Source of the DNA: Bacteroidia bacterium
GTDB taxonomy: Bacteria; Bacteroidota; Bacteroidia; M30B66
Direction: 5' to 3'
NCBI GenBank assembly: GCA_965279035.1
Contig: OZ257142.1
Span: forward strand, 864,001 to 928,000
DNA length: 64,000 nucleotides
The notes below the pieces were generated by a model. The model made no database searches. It was not told where the DNA came from and saw only the letters and a program-made list of their open reading frames with translations. Shown here piece after piece: positions 14,043 to 25,142 of this stretch (the stretch's first letter is position 1; each line of letters opens with the position of its first letter). A program made the position numbers and the translations under genes.

Positions 14043-14127
14043 CTGTACTTCGTTTTATTGCGTGTTTCTTAATATTTTACTCTCCGTATTTACTTGGCTT
14101 TATGAATGCCTAGTATTTTGGGGACGG

Positions 14128-14157
14128 CAAAGATAGTAAGTTGTTTTTATTATCCAA
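14128..14157 (-). promoter_or_regulatory. Bacteroidota housekeeping promoter upstream of rplP (internal to the S10 cluster)
   Basis: Minus strand TTG (14155-14157), N19, TATCTTTG (14128-14135); same architecture as the rpsL promoter. Confidence 0.8.
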
Positions 14158-14264
14158 CAGACAAGAGTAAAAAATTTTCACCTTCTGTGGTTAAGTCTTT
14201 AAATCCCTTTGTTTATGGGAGTTGCAATTTGAAAGACAGTTAAAAAATCGATCTTTCAAAGTTT

Positions 14265-14300
14265 AAAAAACAAAAAAAGGGAAGCTTACGCCTCCCTCTT
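14265..14300 (-). terminator. Intrinsic terminator directly after rpsC
   Basis: Minus strand GGGAGGC-GTAA-GCTTCCC (GNRA loop) followed by TTTTTTTGTTTTTT. Confidence 0.85.
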
Positions 14301-14314
14301 ACTATGAATATTGT

Positions 14315-15061
14315 TTATTTATTGCGCTTATTCCTAGAGCGGCCACCTCTTTCACGATCACGATCTGGAGCTGAAGAATTTCCTCCTCCGCTTGTTTTTT
14401 GTGTCGCCATTCCTAAATTAGGAGAAAGATCTCTTTTACCAAATACTTCCCCTTTACAAACCCATACTTTTATACCAATACGGCCATAAGTAGTATGTGC
14501 TTCTGATAATGCATAATCAATATCAGCACGAAGTGTATGAAGTGGAGTACGACCTTCTTTATAGCTTTCTACACGAGCCATCTCAGCTCCTCCAAGTCGA
14601 CCAGAAACTTTACATTTAATTCCTTCAGCTCCCATTCGCATGGTTGAAGCAATCGCAGTTTTCATAGCTCGACGGAATGAAATTCTACCTTCTAATTGAC
14701 GAGCAATTCCATCTGCCACTAAACGTGCATCTAATTCTGGACGCTTTATCTCGAAGATATTAATCTGAACTTCCTTCTTTGTTAGTTTTTTAAGCTCTTC
14801 TTTAAGCTTATCAACCTCTTGTCCACCTTTACCGATGATAATACCTGGGCGTGCTGTATTAATTGTTACAGTCACAAGCTTTAAGGTTCTCTCAATTACA
14901 ATTCTTGAAACACCAGCTTTTACAAGACGAGCGCTAAGATATTTTCGGATTTTGTGGTCTTCTACTAGTTTATCCGAGTAGTTACGTCCTCCATACCAGT
15001 TGGAGTCCCAGCCACGAACGATGCCCAAACGAAGAGCAATCGGATTACATTTTTGTCCCAT
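14315..15061 (-). CDS. rpsC: 30S ribosomal protein S3
   Basis: [14 protein letters not shown]…[10 protein letters not shown]…[11 protein letters not shown]. Confidence 0.99.
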   Translation of the reverse strand: MGQKCNPIALRLGIVRGWDSNWYGGRNYSDKLVEDHKIRKYLSARLVKAGVSRIVIERTLKLVTVTINTARPGIIIGKGGQEVDKLKEELKKLTKKEVQINIFEIKRPELDARLVADGIARQLEGRISFRRAMKTAIASTMRMGAEGIKCKVSGRLGGAEMARVESYKEGRTPLHTLRADIDYALSEAHTTYGRIGIKVWVCKGEVFGKRDLSPNLGMATQKTSGGGNSSAPDRDRERGGRSRNKRNK

Positions 15062-15088
15062 GTAATATGTTATTGTCTGTAAAGTTGA

Positions 15089-15496
15089 TTAATTAACAGC
15101 GATCACTTTAGTATCCAAAACCAAAGTTACGTGGTTCGAACGCTTACGAATACGGAACCCTCTTCCTTGCGGAGCTGGGCGAAGACGTTTTAGCATACGT
15201 GCACCATCAACTTTTATCTCTTTTACAAAAACATTGCTGTCTTCAAGACGAAGTCCTTCATTCTTAGCTTGCCAATTGGCAATAGCAGATAAAAGAAGTT
15301 TCTCAAGGCGTATTGCAGCCTCTTTATTTGTAAACTTCAAAATGGCAAGTGCACGATCTACATCTACTCCACGAACTAAATCCGCAACTAAGCGCATCTT
15401 ACGTGGTGATGTTGGACAATCATTTAATTTGGCAAATGCAATGGTTTTGCGTTCTGCCTTCATTGCATCGGCACGGAGTTTTTTTCTGGCTCCCAT
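15089..15496 (-). CDS. rplV: 50S ribosomal protein L22
   Basis: [14 protein letters not shown]…[11 protein letters not shown]. Confidence 0.98.
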   Translation of the reverse strand: MGARKKLRADAMKAERKTIAFAKLNDCPTSPRKMRLVADLVRGVDVDRALAILKFTNKEAAIRLEKLLLSAIANWQAKNEGLRLEDSNVFVKEIKVDGARMLKRLRPAPQGRGFRIRKRSNHVTLVLDTKVIAVN

Positions 15497-15523
15497 GGTT
15501 TATTGGATAAAGAACGTTAGTGA

Positions 15524-15805
15524 TTATTTTCTTCCCTTGTCCTTACGGTTACCCGCATGACCACGGAAAGTACGAGTTGGGGCAAATTCTCCCAATTTGT
15601 GTCCTACCATGTTTTCGGTAACATAAACCGGGATGAACTTATTGCCATTGTGAACAGCGATTGTTTGTCCAACAAAATCCGGTGAAATCATGGAACGTCT
15701 TGCCCATGTTTTGATTACGGATTTCTTTCCTGACTCAATCATGGAGTATACTTTACGCTCCAGTTTGAAATCAATAAAGGGTCCTTTTTTTAGTGAACGG
15801 CTCAT
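15524..15805 (-). CDS. rpsS: 30S ribosomal protein S19
   Basis: [10 protein letters not shown]…[13 protein letters not shown]. Confidence 0.99.
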   Translation of the reverse strand: MSRSLKKGPFIDFKLERKVYSMIESGKKSVIKTWARRSMISPDFVGQTIAVHNGNKFIPVYVTENMVGHKLGEFAPTRTFRGHAGNRKDKGRK

Positions 15806-15833
15806 TTGTGTTGATTCTCAGGTGTTGAACAAT

Positions 15834-16658
15834 TTATTTTTTACGACGCTCAATGATGTACTTAGTACTGTGGTTTTTAGGAGCGCGAGTTTTGTATCCT
15901 TTTGCTGGAATACCATTTCTGCTTCTTGGATGTCCACCAGATGAACGTCCTTCACCACCACCCATAGGGTGATCTACCGGATTCATTGAAACTCCTCGGT
16001 TGCGTGGACGACGTCCTTGCCAACGTGTACGGCCTGCTTTACCCGAACGAACCAAACGATGATCTGGATTTGATACAGTTCCTAAAACGGCTAGACATGT
16101 TGCTAAGATCATTCTTGTTTCTCCAGATGGCAATTTAACAATTGCATATTTACCATCTTTCGCAGCTAGTTGAGCTGATACCCCAGCACTTCTTACGAGT
16201 TGTGCTCCTTGTCCTGGTCGTAATTCAATATGATGAATCATAGAACCTAGTGGAATATCTTTTAAGAATAAAGCATTTCCTGGTTCAACAGGTGCTTTAG
16301 TTCCAGACATTACTGACTGTCCAACCTCAAGCCCATTGGGTGCAAGAATATAGCGTTTTTCTCCGTCAGCATATTGTAACAAAGCAATACGTGCTGATCT
16401 GTTTGGATCATATTCGATTGATTTCACTACAGCAGGAACGTCATGCTTATCGCGTTTGAAATCGATTAAACGATAACGTTGTTTATGACCTCCGCCAATA
16501 TAACGCATGGTCATTTTTCCACTGTGGTTACGACCACCGGATTTTTTTTGTTTTACTAGTAATGTTTTTTCCGGTTCACGGGTTGTTACATCACTGTAAG
16601 TATCAGCTACCTTAAATCGGGTACCTGGTGTAATTGGGTTGAATTTTCTGAGTCCCAT
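15834..16658 (-). CDS. rplB: 50S ribosomal protein L2
   Basis: [12 protein letters not shown]…[13 protein letters not shown]. Confidence 0.99.
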   Translation of the reverse strand: MGLRKFNPITPGTRFKVADTYSDVTTREPEKTLLVKQKKSGGRNHSGKMTMRYIGGGHKQRYRLIDFKRDKHDVPAVVKSIEYDPNRSARIALLQYADGEKRYILAPNGLEVGQSVMSGTKAPVEPGNALFLKDIPLGSMIHHIELRPGQGAQLVRSAGVSAQLAAKDGKYAIVKLPSGETRMILATCLAVLGTVSNPDHRLVRSGKAGRTRWQGRRPRNRGVSMNPVDHPMGGGEGRSSGGHPRSRNGIPAKGYKTRAPKNHSTKYIIERRKK

Positions 16659-16664
16659 TTCTTA

Positions 16665-16955
16665 TCAAATGTTACTGTAAAAGTCAATGGTATCTCCCGC
16701 TTTTAACGATACAATGGCTTTTTTGCAGTTACCTACAAGTCCACTGTTAACACCACTTTTCGTATTACGCATTTTAACTTTTCCGATGAATTTCATCGTA
16801 CGGATATTCTCTACTGTCACACCATATAATTGTTCAATGGCTGACTTAATTTCGATTTTGTTGGCCCCAGGATGAACCACAAAACCAAAGCGGTTCATCT
16901 TCTCAGATTGGCCGGTCATCTTTTCTGTGATGATTGGTTTGATAATGATGCTCAT
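16665..16955 (-). CDS. rplW: 50S ribosomal protein L23
   Basis: PIITEK…ANKIEIKSAIE…KKAIVSL. Confidence 0.97.
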   Translation of the reverse strand: MSIIIKPIITEKMTGQSEKMNRFGFVVHPGANKIEIKSAIEQLYGVTVENIRTMKFIGKVKMRNTKSGVNSGLVGNCKKAIVSLKAGDTIDFYSNI

Positions 16956-16956
16956 A

Positions 16957-17589
16957 TCAGTTTTGTGCTAAGAGGTTTTCAATCGATTTTACAGAATTTT
17001 CAAACAACACGATACTTCCAGCATTCAAAATATCGTAAGTGTTTAAATCGCTAGCAACTACAACTTTACTTCTTTGAAGATTACGTGATGATAAGTAAAG
17101 GTTCTCGTTCAGTTCTGGAATAACAACAAGTGTTTTCTTATCTGAAACTTTTAGATTACTTAAAATCGAGTTGTAATTTTTGGTTGATGGTTTTGCAAAA
17201 TCAAAATTCTCAACCAATACAATTCCGTTTTCTTGAGCTTTGTAAGTAAGTGCCGACTTTCTTGCCAACTGCTTTACTTTCTTGTTCAAACGAAATGAAT
17301 AATCACGTGGACGTGGTCCGAAAATACGTCCTCCACCAACAAATACTGGTGATTTAATACTTCCTGCACGAGCTCCACCAGTTCCTTTTTGACGCTTTAA
17401 TTTGCGTGTTGAACCTGATACTTCTGCACGTTCTTTTGATTTGTGCGTTCCTTGACGACGGTTTGCAAGAATTTGCTTAACGTCGAGGTAAATCGCATGA
17501 TCATTTGGTTCGATACCGAATATGTCTTTACTTAAAGACACCTTGCGGCCGGTCTCTTGACCGTTTGAGTTGAATACTGCGAGTTCCAT
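16957..17589 (-). CDS. rplD: 50S ribosomal protein L4
   Basis: [15 protein letters not shown]…[10 protein letters not shown]…FGPRPRDY. Confidence 0.99.
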   Translation of the reverse strand: MELAVFNSNGQETGRKVSLSKDIFGIEPNDHAIYLDVKQILANRRQGTHKSKERAEVSGSTRKLKRQKGTGGARAGSIKSPVFVGGGRIFGPRPRDYSFRLNKKVKQLARKSALTYKAQENGIVLVENFDFAKPSTKNYNSILSNLKVSDKKTLVVIPELNENLYLSSRNLQRSKVVVASDLNTYDILNAGSIVLFENSVKSIENLLAQN

Positions 17590-17590
17590 G

Positions 17591-18208
17591 TTACTTCTCG
17601 ATCATTACGTAAGAACCCTTCGGACCTGGGATTGCTCCCTGAACTACGATTAGATTCTGTTCGGGTAAAACTTTCAAAACGGTAAGATTTTGCAACTTAA
17701 CACGAGCTCCTCCAGTACGACCTGCCATGCGCATTCCTTTGAATACACGTGAAGGATAAGAAGATGCTCCTAGTGATCCAGGTGCACGAAGACGGTTATG
17801 TTGACCGTGAGTAGCCATACCAACTCCACTAAATCCATGACGCTTTACAACACCTTGGAAACCTTTTCCTTTGGATGTTCCAATTACGTCTACAAATTCT
17901 CCTTCAGTAAACAAATCAACTGTGATTGTGCTTCCTAAAGTTTGTTCTGTTTCGAAGAAACGAAATTCAGCTACTTTACGCATAGGTGCTGTATTTGCTT
18001 TCGCAAAGTGACCTTTCATTGCAGCAGATGTATGCTTCTCCTTTTTCTCGTCAAACGCCAGTTGAACTGCGCTATAACCATCTTTTTCGATGGTTTTGAC
18101 TTGCGTTACAACGCAAGGACCAGCTTCTATAATTGTGCATGGTATGTTCTTACCAGCGGCACTGTAGATACTGGTCATACCGATTTTTTTTCCGATTAGA
18201 CCTGACAT
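17591..18208 (-). CDS. rplC: 50S ribosomal protein L3
   Basis: GKKIGMT…[13 protein letters not shown]…[10 protein letters not shown]. Confidence 0.99.
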   Translation of the reverse strand: MSGLIGKKIGMTSIYSAAGKNIPCTIIEAGPCVVTQVKTIEKDGYSAVQLAFDEKKEKHTSAAMKGHFAKANTAPMRKVAEFRFFETEQTLGSTITVDLFTEGEFVDVIGTSKGKGFQGVVKRHGFSGVGMATHGQHNRLRAPGSLGASSYPSRVFKGMRMAGRTGGARVKLQNLTVLKVLPEQNLIVVQGAIPGPKGSYVMIEK

Positions 18209-18254
18209 TTTATTTTATTGTGTGATAGAAATTCAATGATTTAATTTTAAAGCA

Positions 18255-18560
18255 CTAGACTTTAATTTCAACTTCAACTCCACTTGGTAGCTCTAATTTC
18301 ATCAAAGCGTCAACTGTTTTTGAAGTTGTACTGTAGATATCTAACAAGCGCTTGTATGAACAAAGTTGGAATTGCTCTCTTGCCTTTTTGTTCACGTGCG
18401 GTGAACGAAGTACAGTGAAGATCTTTTTGTTCGTTGGAAGTGGAATTGGTCCACTTACTACAGCTCCTGTAGATTTTACCGTTTTAACAATTTTCTCAGC
18501 CGATTTGTCTACAAGATTGTAGTCATAAGACTTGAGTTTAATTCGGATTTTCTGGCTCAT
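18255..18560 (-). CDS. rpsJ: 30S ribosomal protein S10
   Basis: [10 protein letters not shown]…GPIPLPT…[13 protein letters not shown]. Confidence 0.99.
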   Translation of the reverse strand: MSQKIRIKLKSYDYNLVDKSAEKIVKTVKSTGAVVSGPIPLPTNKKIFTVLRSPHVNKKAREQFQLCSYKRLLDIYSTTSKTVDALMKLELPSGVEVEIKV

Positions 18561-18577
18561 GGGTTTATAAAGAACGA

Positions 18578-20683
18578 TTAAACATTTGCAGTTTTACCTT
18601 TTGCTTTCGCAATCACTTCGTCAGCAACGTTACGTGGAGCTTCAGCGTAATGCGAAGGTTCCATAGTTGATGTTGCGCGTCCAGAAGAAATCGTACGTAG
18701 TGTTGTAACATATCCGAACATTTCACTCAATGGAACTTTTGCACGGATTACTTGAGCACCACCACGACTGTCCATTCCTTCCAATTGACCACGACGTTTG
18801 TTCAAGTCACCAATGATATCTCCCATATAATCTTCTGGAGTTACCACTTCTACTTTCATGATTGGCTCAAGAAGTACTGGTTTCGCTTTGGGTAATGCCT
18901 CGCGGAATGCTGTTTTAGCGCAGATTTCGAAAGACAATGAATCAGAGTCAACAGCATGGTATGAACCATCGCTAAGTGTAACTTTTAAACTATCCATAGT
19001 ATATCCAGCAAGAACACCATTTTGCATGGCTGTCTTAAATCCTTTTTCTACTGATGGAATGTATTCACGTGGAATGTTACCTCCAACTACTGCATTGATA
19101 AACTGAAGACCTTCTTTTCCTTCATCAGCTGGTCCAATCGTAACAACGATGTCAGCGAATTTACCACGACCACCAGTTTGTTTTTTGTAAACCTCACGGT
19201 GATTGATTGTAGAAGTAATAGCCTCTTTGTAGTTTACTTGTGGAGCTCCTTGGTTACACTCAACTTTAAACTCACGTTTTAAACGGTCAAGGATAATTTC
19301 CAAGTGAAGCTCACCCATTCCGCTGATAATGGTTTGACCAGAATCTTCATCCGTTTTAACACGGAACGTTGGATCTTCTTCAGCTAATTTTGATAAAGCC
19401 ATACCCAATTTATCTACGTCAGCTTGAGTTTTAGGCTCAATCGCAACACCGATAACTGGATCAGGGAAATTCATTGCTTCAAGAACAATTGGATGCTTCT
19501 CATCACATAGTGTATCTCCTGTTTTGATATCTTTAAATCCTACTGCCGCTCCAATATCTCCAGCTTCAATGTATTCGATTGAATTCTGTTTATTAGCATG
19601 CATTTGGAAGATACGGCTGATACGCTCTTTGTTACCACTACGGGTATTCAATACGTATGAACCAGCATCAAGATGTCCTGAATAAGCACGGAAGAAACAA
19701 AGACGACCTACGAATGGATCGGTTGCTATCTTAAATGCTAAAGCCGTAAATGGATCTTTAACATCTGGACGACGTGTAACTTCTTCACCTGTATCTGGAT
19801 TAATACCTGTGATACTTTCTTTATCCATTGGGCTTGGCATCAACTCCATTACAAGGTCTAGCATTGTTTGAACACCCTTGTTTTTGAAAGCTGTTCCACA
19901 AACCATAGGAACAATTTTATTTGTAACGCAAGCTTGACGAAGTGCTGTCAAGATTTCACGTTCTGTAATAGATTCAGGAGCATCAAAGAATTTCTCCATC
20001 AAACTATCATCAAATTCAGCGATTGCTTCAAGCAATTTCCCTCTCCATTCTGTAGCCTCATCCAGCATATCTTCTGGAATTGGAACAATATTGAAAGTCA
20101 TTCCTTTATCAGCATCATTCCACTCAATTCCACGGAAGTTAATCAAATCAACTACTCCACGGAAAGTTTCTTCAGCTCCAATTGGTAGCTGAAGTGGAAT
20201 TGGATTTCCTCCAAGTACTTCTTTCACTTGCTTAACAACAGCAAGGAAGTCAGCTCCCTGACGGTCCATTTTATTTACGAATCCTAAACGTGTTACGTTG
20301 TAGTTATTCGCTAAGCGCCAGTTTGTTTCTGATTGAGGTTCAACACCATCAACAGCAGAGAACAAGAACACCAATCCATCCAATACACGAAGTGAACGAT
20401 TTACTTCAACCGTAAAGTCAACGTGACCTGGAGTATCAATGATGTTTAATTTGTATTTGTTATCACGGTAATTCCAGAAACAAGTTGTTGCTGCAGACGT
20501 GATTGTGATACCGCGTTCCTGCTCCTGAACCATCCAGTCCATAGTAGCAGCTCCGTCGTGTACTTCACCAATTTTATGGTTTACACCGGTATAATAAAGA
20601 ATACGCTCTGTCGTAGTTGTTTTACCGGCATCAATGTGCGCGGCAATACCGATGTTGCGTGTGTATTGAAGATCGTGAGCCAT
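18578..20683 (-). CDS. fusA: Elongation factor G
   Basis: [27 protein letters not shown]; 701 aa. Confidence 0.99.
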   Translation of the reverse strand: MAHDLQYTRNIGIAAHIDAGKTTTTERILYYTGVNHKIGEVHDGAATMDWMVQEQERGITITSAATTCFWNYRDNKYKLNIIDTPGHVDFTVEVNRSLRVLDGLVFLFSAVDGVEPQSETNWRLANNYNVTRLGFVNKMDRQGADFLAVVKQVKEVLGGNPIPLQLPIGAEETFRGVVDLINFRGIEWNDADKGMTFNIVPIPEDMLDEATEWRGKLLEAIAEFDDSLMEKFFDAPESITEREILTALRQACVTNKIVPMVCGTAFKNKGVQTMLDLVMELMPSPMDKESITGINPDTGEEVTRRPDVKDPFTALAFKIATDPFVGRLCFFRAYSGHLDAGSYVLNTRSGNKERISRIFQMHANKQNSIEYIEAGDIGAAVGFKDIKTGDTLCDEKHPIVLEAMNFPDPVIGVAIEPKTQADVDKLGMALSKLAEEDPTFRVKTDEDSGQTIISGMGELHLEIILDRLKREFKVECNQGAPQVNYKEAITSTINHREVYKKQTGGRGKFADIVVTIGPADEGKEGLQFINAVVGGNIPREYIPSVEKGFKTAMQNGVLAGYTMDSLKVTLSDGSYHAVDSDSLSFEICAKTAFREALPKAKPVLLEPIMKVEVVTPEDYMGDIIGDLNKRRGQLEGMDSRGGAQVIRAKVPLSEMFGYVTTLRTISSGRATSTMEPSHYAEAPRNVADEVIAKAKGKTANV

Positions 20684-20707
20684 GACGTTCTTGGGAATCT
20701 CTTGGGA

Positions 20708-21175
20708 TTAGAAGCGGAAATGTGAAAATGCTTTGTTCGCCTCAGCCATACGGTGAGTGTCTTCTTTCTTTTTGTGAGCGGAACCTTCGCCTTTCGACGC
20801 AGCTACAATCTCAGAAGCTAGACGTTGTGCCATCGACTTCTCATTGCGCTTACGTGAATACATAATCATCCATTTCATACCTAAAGCGATACGACGATCC
20901 GGACGAATTTCCATCGGAATCTGAAACGTAGCTCCTCCAACACGACGGCTTTTTACCTCAACTGTTGGACTAACGTTTTCCAAAGCACGTTTCCATACTT
21001 CATGACCGTTTTCTTCAGTACGTTTTTCTACGATATCAACTGCATCGTAAAAAATGGAGTAAGCGATGCTCTTTTTACCATCGAACATCAAGTTATTAAC
21101 GAAACGCGTTACCAATGGATCGTTAAATCTTGGATCCGGTGTGCGAGCTATTCGTTTGGGGGTGGTCTTTCTCAT
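20708..21175 (-). CDS. rpsG: 30S ribosomal protein S7
   Basis: EVKSRRVGGATFQIP…HRMAEANKAFSH. Confidence 0.99.
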   Translation of the reverse strand: MRKTTPKRIARTPDPRFNDPLVTRFVNNLMFDGKKSIAYSIFYDAVDIVEKRTEENGHEVWKRALENVSPTVEVKSRRVGGATFQIPMEIRPDRRIALGMKWMIMYSRKRNEKSMAQRLASEIVAASKGEGSAHKKKEDTHRMAEANKAFSHFRF

Positions 21176-21203
21176 GGTGCGAAAGGAATGCTATTGTCTT
21201 TAT

Positions 21204-21617
21204 TTATTTCTTTTTGCCTTTACCTGCAGCTGCAGCTGGTTGTCCTGGTTTTGGACGTTTCGTTCCATATTTAGAACGACGTTGATTACGACCTTCTACT
21301 CCAGATGTATCTAATGCACCACGTACAATGTGGTAACGTACCCCTGGTAGATCTTTTACACGACCACCACGTATTAATACAATACTGTGTTCTTGTAAGT
21401 TGTGACCTTCTCCTGGAATGTATGCGTTAACTTCTTTCGTATTCGTTAATCGAACACGAGCTACTTTACGCATTGCTGAGTTAGGTTTCTTTGGTGTTGT
21501 TGTGTATACGCGTGTACACACTCCACGACGCTGAGGACATGAATCCAAAGCTGGACTCTTACTCTTAGTTGCGTTGGGCGTGCGGCCCTTACGTACAAGC
21601 TGCTGGATAGTAGGCAT
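21204..21617 (-). CDS. rpsL: 30S ribosomal protein S12
   Basis: [10 protein letters not shown]…TPKKPNSA…[13 protein letters not shown]. Confidence 0.99.
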   Translation of the reverse strand: MPTIQQLVRKGRTPNATKSKSPALDSCPQRRGVCTRVYTTTPKKPNSAMRKVARVRLTNTKEVNAYIPGEGHNLQEHSIVLIRGGRVKDLPGVRYHIVRGALDTSGVEGRNQRRSKYGTKRPKPGQPAAAAGKGKKK

Positions 21618-21685
21618 GCTTTTAGGCGTTGATTGTATGGATGTTAGAGACTCTTTTTAGCTAATTCGCCCAATTTTTGGGAGCG

Positions 21686-21715
21686 CAAAGATAGGAAGTA
21701 CTTTCAAATTCACAA
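21686..21715 (-). promoter_or_regulatory. Bacteroidota housekeeping promoter of the str/S10 operon
   Basis: Minus strand TTG (21713-21715), N19, TATCTTTG (21686-21693). Confidence 0.8.
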
Positions 21716-21885
21716 CTAGGTGAGTAAAAAATAATTCCACAGAATGATGCTTTTCTTTTGAACAGTCTTTTTTGAAGCCATTTATTTAGCTCAATTTGAC
21801 CTTTGCAAAGCGCTACTTTCCTTTTATACATTCCTTTCTATTCATTTTTGATGAAGTAGATTTTTTTTCAATTTATTTTTCATTT

Positions 21886-21965
21886 GGGGGCGCCTTCGGC
21901 CAGGTGCTCGCCTGTACGCTTCGCCCAAATTGGGCTGCAGGGTACTTGTCTCGCCCCTTCGCCCG
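21886..21965 (+). ncRNA. Candidate structured ncRNA or REP-like intergenic element
   Basis: GC-rich island in an AT-rich spacer. Nested stems GGGGCG/CGCCCC, CAGGTGC/GTACTTG, CCTGTA/TGCAGG and GCCCA/TGGGC; the G-U pairs favour the + strand. Confidence 0.45.
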
Positions 21966-22028
21966 TCTTATTCTTCCTATTTAACATCATCGTGAATAAA
22001 TTACTACATTCTTCGTTTCTGCATTCCC

Positions 22029-22036
22029 TAACTTTG
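22029..22036 (+). promoter_or_regulatory. -7 promoter element 4 nt before pcrA ATG (probable leaderless mRNA)
   Basis: TAACTTTG-CCCC-ATG. Confidence 0.65.
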
Positions 22037-22040
22037 CCCC

Positions 22041-24395
22041 ATGCAGAATGATTATTTAAATGAGCTAAATCCAATCCAGCGACAGGCTGTTGAAAATACC
22101 GAAGGGCCTGTTATGATTATTGCCGGTGCTGGTTCTGGAAAAACGCGTGTACTTACATATCGAATAGCACACCTTCTTAGTAAAGGTGTTGATGCATTTA
22201 ACATTTTATCACTCACGTTCACGAATAAAGCTGCTCGTGAAATGAAAGAACGCATCCATAAAATAGTGAAGAATACCGAGTCTGCTAATCTTTGGATGGG
22301 AACTTTTCACTCCGTGTTTGCTCGTATCCTTCGATTCGAAGCCGAAAAACTTGGTTATCCTTCCAATTTTACAATCTATGATACAGATGATTCCAAAAGC
22401 CTTATCAAAACGATTCTAGGTGAAATGCAATTAGATGATAAAATCTATAAGCCATCTCTCGTCTTAAATCGAATTTCCAATGCAAAAAATAACCTGATTT
22501 CTTCCGCGCAATACCTTAATCAACCTGAAGTCATTGAAGAAGACCGTCAAAGCGGAAAGCCAAAATTAGGTTTGGTTTATGAAGCGTACGAAAAACGTTG
22601 TTTTAAAGCATCAGCAATGGATTTTGATGATTTGCTCTTTAAAACCAATGTGCTTTTAAAACAATATCCCGATGTACTATATAAGTATCAACAGAAATTC
22701 AAGTACATTTTAGTTGACGAGTACCAGGATACCAATTTCAGTCAGTATTTAATAGTAAAAAAACTGGCTGCCATGTTTCAGAATATTTGCGTTGTAGGCG
22801 ATGATGCACAAAGTATTTATGCTTTCCGCGGAGCGAATATTCAAAACATCCTCAATTTCGAAAAAGACTATCCTGATCTCAAAGTTTATAAACTCGAACA
22901 AAACTATCGCTCAACTAAAACAATTGTTCAGGCCGCCAATAGTGTCATTCGCAACAATAAAGACCAGCTGAAAAAAGTAGTCTGGACCGACAATAAAGAC
23001 GGAGAATTAATTCGATTATTAAAAGCAAGTACAGATAATGAAGAAGGTTCAATGGTGGCAAACGGCATTTTCGATCTTCGAATGAATTATCAATTACCTA
23101 ACAGTGATATTGCCATTTTGTATCGAACAAACGCACAAAGCCGTTCGATGGAAGAAGCACTCCGTAAACGTGGTATTCCTTATCGTATATATGGTGGCCT
23201 TTCGTTTTACAAGAGAAAGGAAATTAAAGATCTACTAGCTTATTGCCGATTAACCATCAATCCGAAAGACGAAGAAGCATTAAAGCGGGTGATTAATTAT
23301 CCAGCTCGAGGAATTGGAAAAACCTCCCTCGAAAAAATTATCGTTTCTGCTGATCAACATAATAAAAGTATCTGGGAAATTATTGAAGGAATGGCATTGT
23401 ATCGTCCTATAAGCGGGGCTTCTGCTCAAAAGGTGATCGACTTTGTTACGATGATTAAAAGCTTTCAACATGGACTTAAAAGCACAAATGCATACGATTT
23501 AGCAATGCATATTGCACGTTCATCTGGTCTGCTAAAAGAATTAGGCAGTGATAAAACTCCCGAAGGCATTAGTAAACATGAAAATGTAATGGAGTTACTT
23601 AATGGGATTCAAGAATTTGTTGATACTCCTCCCGAAAGTGATGATGAAGTGGCTGAAAGAACCTTAGATGTTTTCATGCAAGACATTGCTTTGCTAACAG
23701 ACGCAGATGAAAACGAAAAAGATGATCCCAATCGTGTTTCCATGATGACAATTCACGCAGCCAAGGGATTGGAATTTCCTGCTGTATTTGTTGTTGGATT
23801 AGAAGAAAATTTATTCCCTTCTCAATTATCATTAAACAGCAGGGAAGAATTGGAAGAAGAGCGTCGATTATTTTATGTTGCAATTACTCGTGCTGAGAAA
23901 CATTTAACATTATCAAGTGCTACAACCCGCTATCGTTGGGGACAAATAACGCATTCGGAGCCGAGTCGATTTTTAGAAGAAATAGATGCATCCTTATTGG
24001 ATATGCCAGTTGCTTCAGAGCCCAAAGGTTTTCTTGATTTTAGTTCGGAACGGTCAAGTTTCGGTGGATTTACTCCCAAAGGAACAGCCAATGCATTCAA
24101 ATCAAAAACTTCCAAAGAACCTGATTTGCCTTTGCTTCAACCTAAAAAAGGCTTTACACCTTTGAAAAAAGTACTGGACAAACCCATTTCAAATCAAGAA
24201 TCAACCTCATTATTTATAGCTGATGATGTTAGTAAACTTCAATCTGGTATGGAGGTTATACACGAGCGATTTGGGCCTGGAAAAGTTCTAAACGTTGATG
24301 GTAGACCAGGAGAACAGAAAGCAACCATCTTTTTCAAAGAAGTAGGACAAAAACAATTATTGCTTAAGTTTGCACGACTAAAGATAATTAGCTGA
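22041..24395 (+). CDS. pcrA: UvrD/PcrA ATP-dependent DNA helicase
   Basis: AGAGSGKT, VDEYQD, VGDDAQSIY, LEQNYRS, TIHAAKGLEF, EERRLFYVAITRA; C-terminal Tudor-like HERFGPG. Confidence 0.96.
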   Translation: MQNDYLNELNPIQRQAVENTEGPVMIIAGAGSGKTRVLTYRIAHLLSKGVDAFNILSLTFTNKAAREMKERIHKIVKNTESANLWMGTFHSVFARILRFEAEKLGYPSNFTIYDTDDSKSLIKTILGEMQLDDKIYKPSLVLNRISNAKNNLISSAQYLNQPEVIEEDRQSGKPKLGLVYEAYEKRCFKASAMDFDDLLFKTNVLLKQYPDVLYKYQQKFKYILVDEYQDTNFSQYLIVKKLAAMFQNICVVGDDAQSIYAFRGANIQNILNFEKDYPDLKVYKLEQNYRSTKTIVQAANSVIRNNKDQLKKVVWTDNKDGELIRLLKASTDNEEGSMVANGIFDLRMNYQLPNSDIAILYRTNAQSRSMEEALRKRGIPYRIYGGLSFYKRKEIKDLLAYCRLTINPKDEEALKRVINYPARGIGKTSLEKIIVSADQHNKSIWEIIEGMALYRPISGASAQKVIDFVTMIKSFQHGLKSTNAYDLAMHIARSSGLLKELGSDKTPEGISKHENVMELLNGIQEFVDTPPESDDEVAERTLDVFMQDIALLTDADENEKDDPNRVSMMTIHAAKGLEFPAVFVVGLEENLFPSQLSLNSREELEEERRLFYVAITRAEKHLTLSSATTRYRWGQITHSEPSRFLEEIDASLLDMPVASEPKGFLDFSSERSSFGGFTPKGTANAFKSKTSKEPDLPLLQPKKGFTPLKKVLDKPISNQESTSLFIADDVSKLQSGMEVIHERFGPGKVLNVDGRPGEQKATIFFKEVGQKQLLLKFARLKIIS

Positions 24396-24488
24396 TACCG
24401 AAACCCTTTATTGATTGGTGTTTCAAAGGAATTCAACTGGAAAATTCGATTGTTTCCTATTGATTTCATTTCCCAAAGATTAAACTAC

Positions 24489-25136
24489 ATGGAATACAAT
24501 TCCCAAAGACCACACCTCATAATTTCTGAGTATGGTCGCCACATTCAACGAATGATTGATCATGCTTGTGAAATTTCTGAACGCGAGGAACGAAATACAA
24601 TGGCTCGATATATCATTTCTGTAATGGGGCAACTCAATCCTCATTTGCGCGATGTAAGTGATTTTAAACATAAGCTATGGGATCATTTATTTATCATGTC
24701 CGATTTTCGTTTGGATGTTGATTCTCCTTATCCTATTCCTTCAAGAGAAAGTTTTCAAACCAAGCCCGATCGGATTCCATATCCCAATGCAAAAATTCGT
24801 TTTCGTCATTATGGGAAAATAATTGAAAAGGTCATTGAAGAAGCTAAATCGGTTGAAGAAGGACCTGTTCGGGAAGCTTTAATTGGAGCCATAGCATACA
24901 ATTTAAAAAAATCATACCTCACTTGGAACCGAGATTCTGTGCAGGATGAGCAGATTTTTAAAGATTTATTTGACCTTTCTGGTGGATTATTAAAACCAGC
25001 AGAGGGAAGTAAAATGACAGTTGTAGTTGAAGGACTTCCACAGAATTATCCACAACAACAAGGTAAGAAGTTTAATCGCGGTCGTCAAAAACAGAAAAAC
25101 TTCAAACGTAAATTCGGCGGCGGAACCAGTTTCTGA
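24489..25136 (+). CDS. DUF4290-family protein (conserved Bacteroidota gene upstream of murA)
   Basis: MEYNSQRPHLIISEYGRHIQ…LWDHLFIMSDFRLDVDSPYP; family recognised from memory. Confidence 0.75.
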   Translation: MEYNSQRPHLIISEYGRHIQRMIDHACEISEREERNTMARYIISVMGQLNPHLRDVSDFKHKLWDHLFIMSDFRLDVDSPYPIPSRESFQTKPDRIPYPNAKIRFRHYGKIIEKVIEEAKSVEEGPVREALIGAIAYNLKKSYLTWNRDSVQDEQIFKDLFDLSGGLLKPAEGSKMTVVVEGLPQNYPQQQGKKFNRGRQKQKNFKRKFGGGTSF

Positions 25137-25142
25137 CCTAGT

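Noticed and set aside
18560-18578. No tuf between fusA and rpsJ, and no adk after secY
   Set aside because: This is the usual Bacteroidota arrangement, not novel.
21796-22074. 62-aa (+) and 64-aa (-) ORFs in the rpsL-pcrA spacer
   Set aside because: No protein features; the stop-free stretch is explained by the GC-rich stem-loop element.
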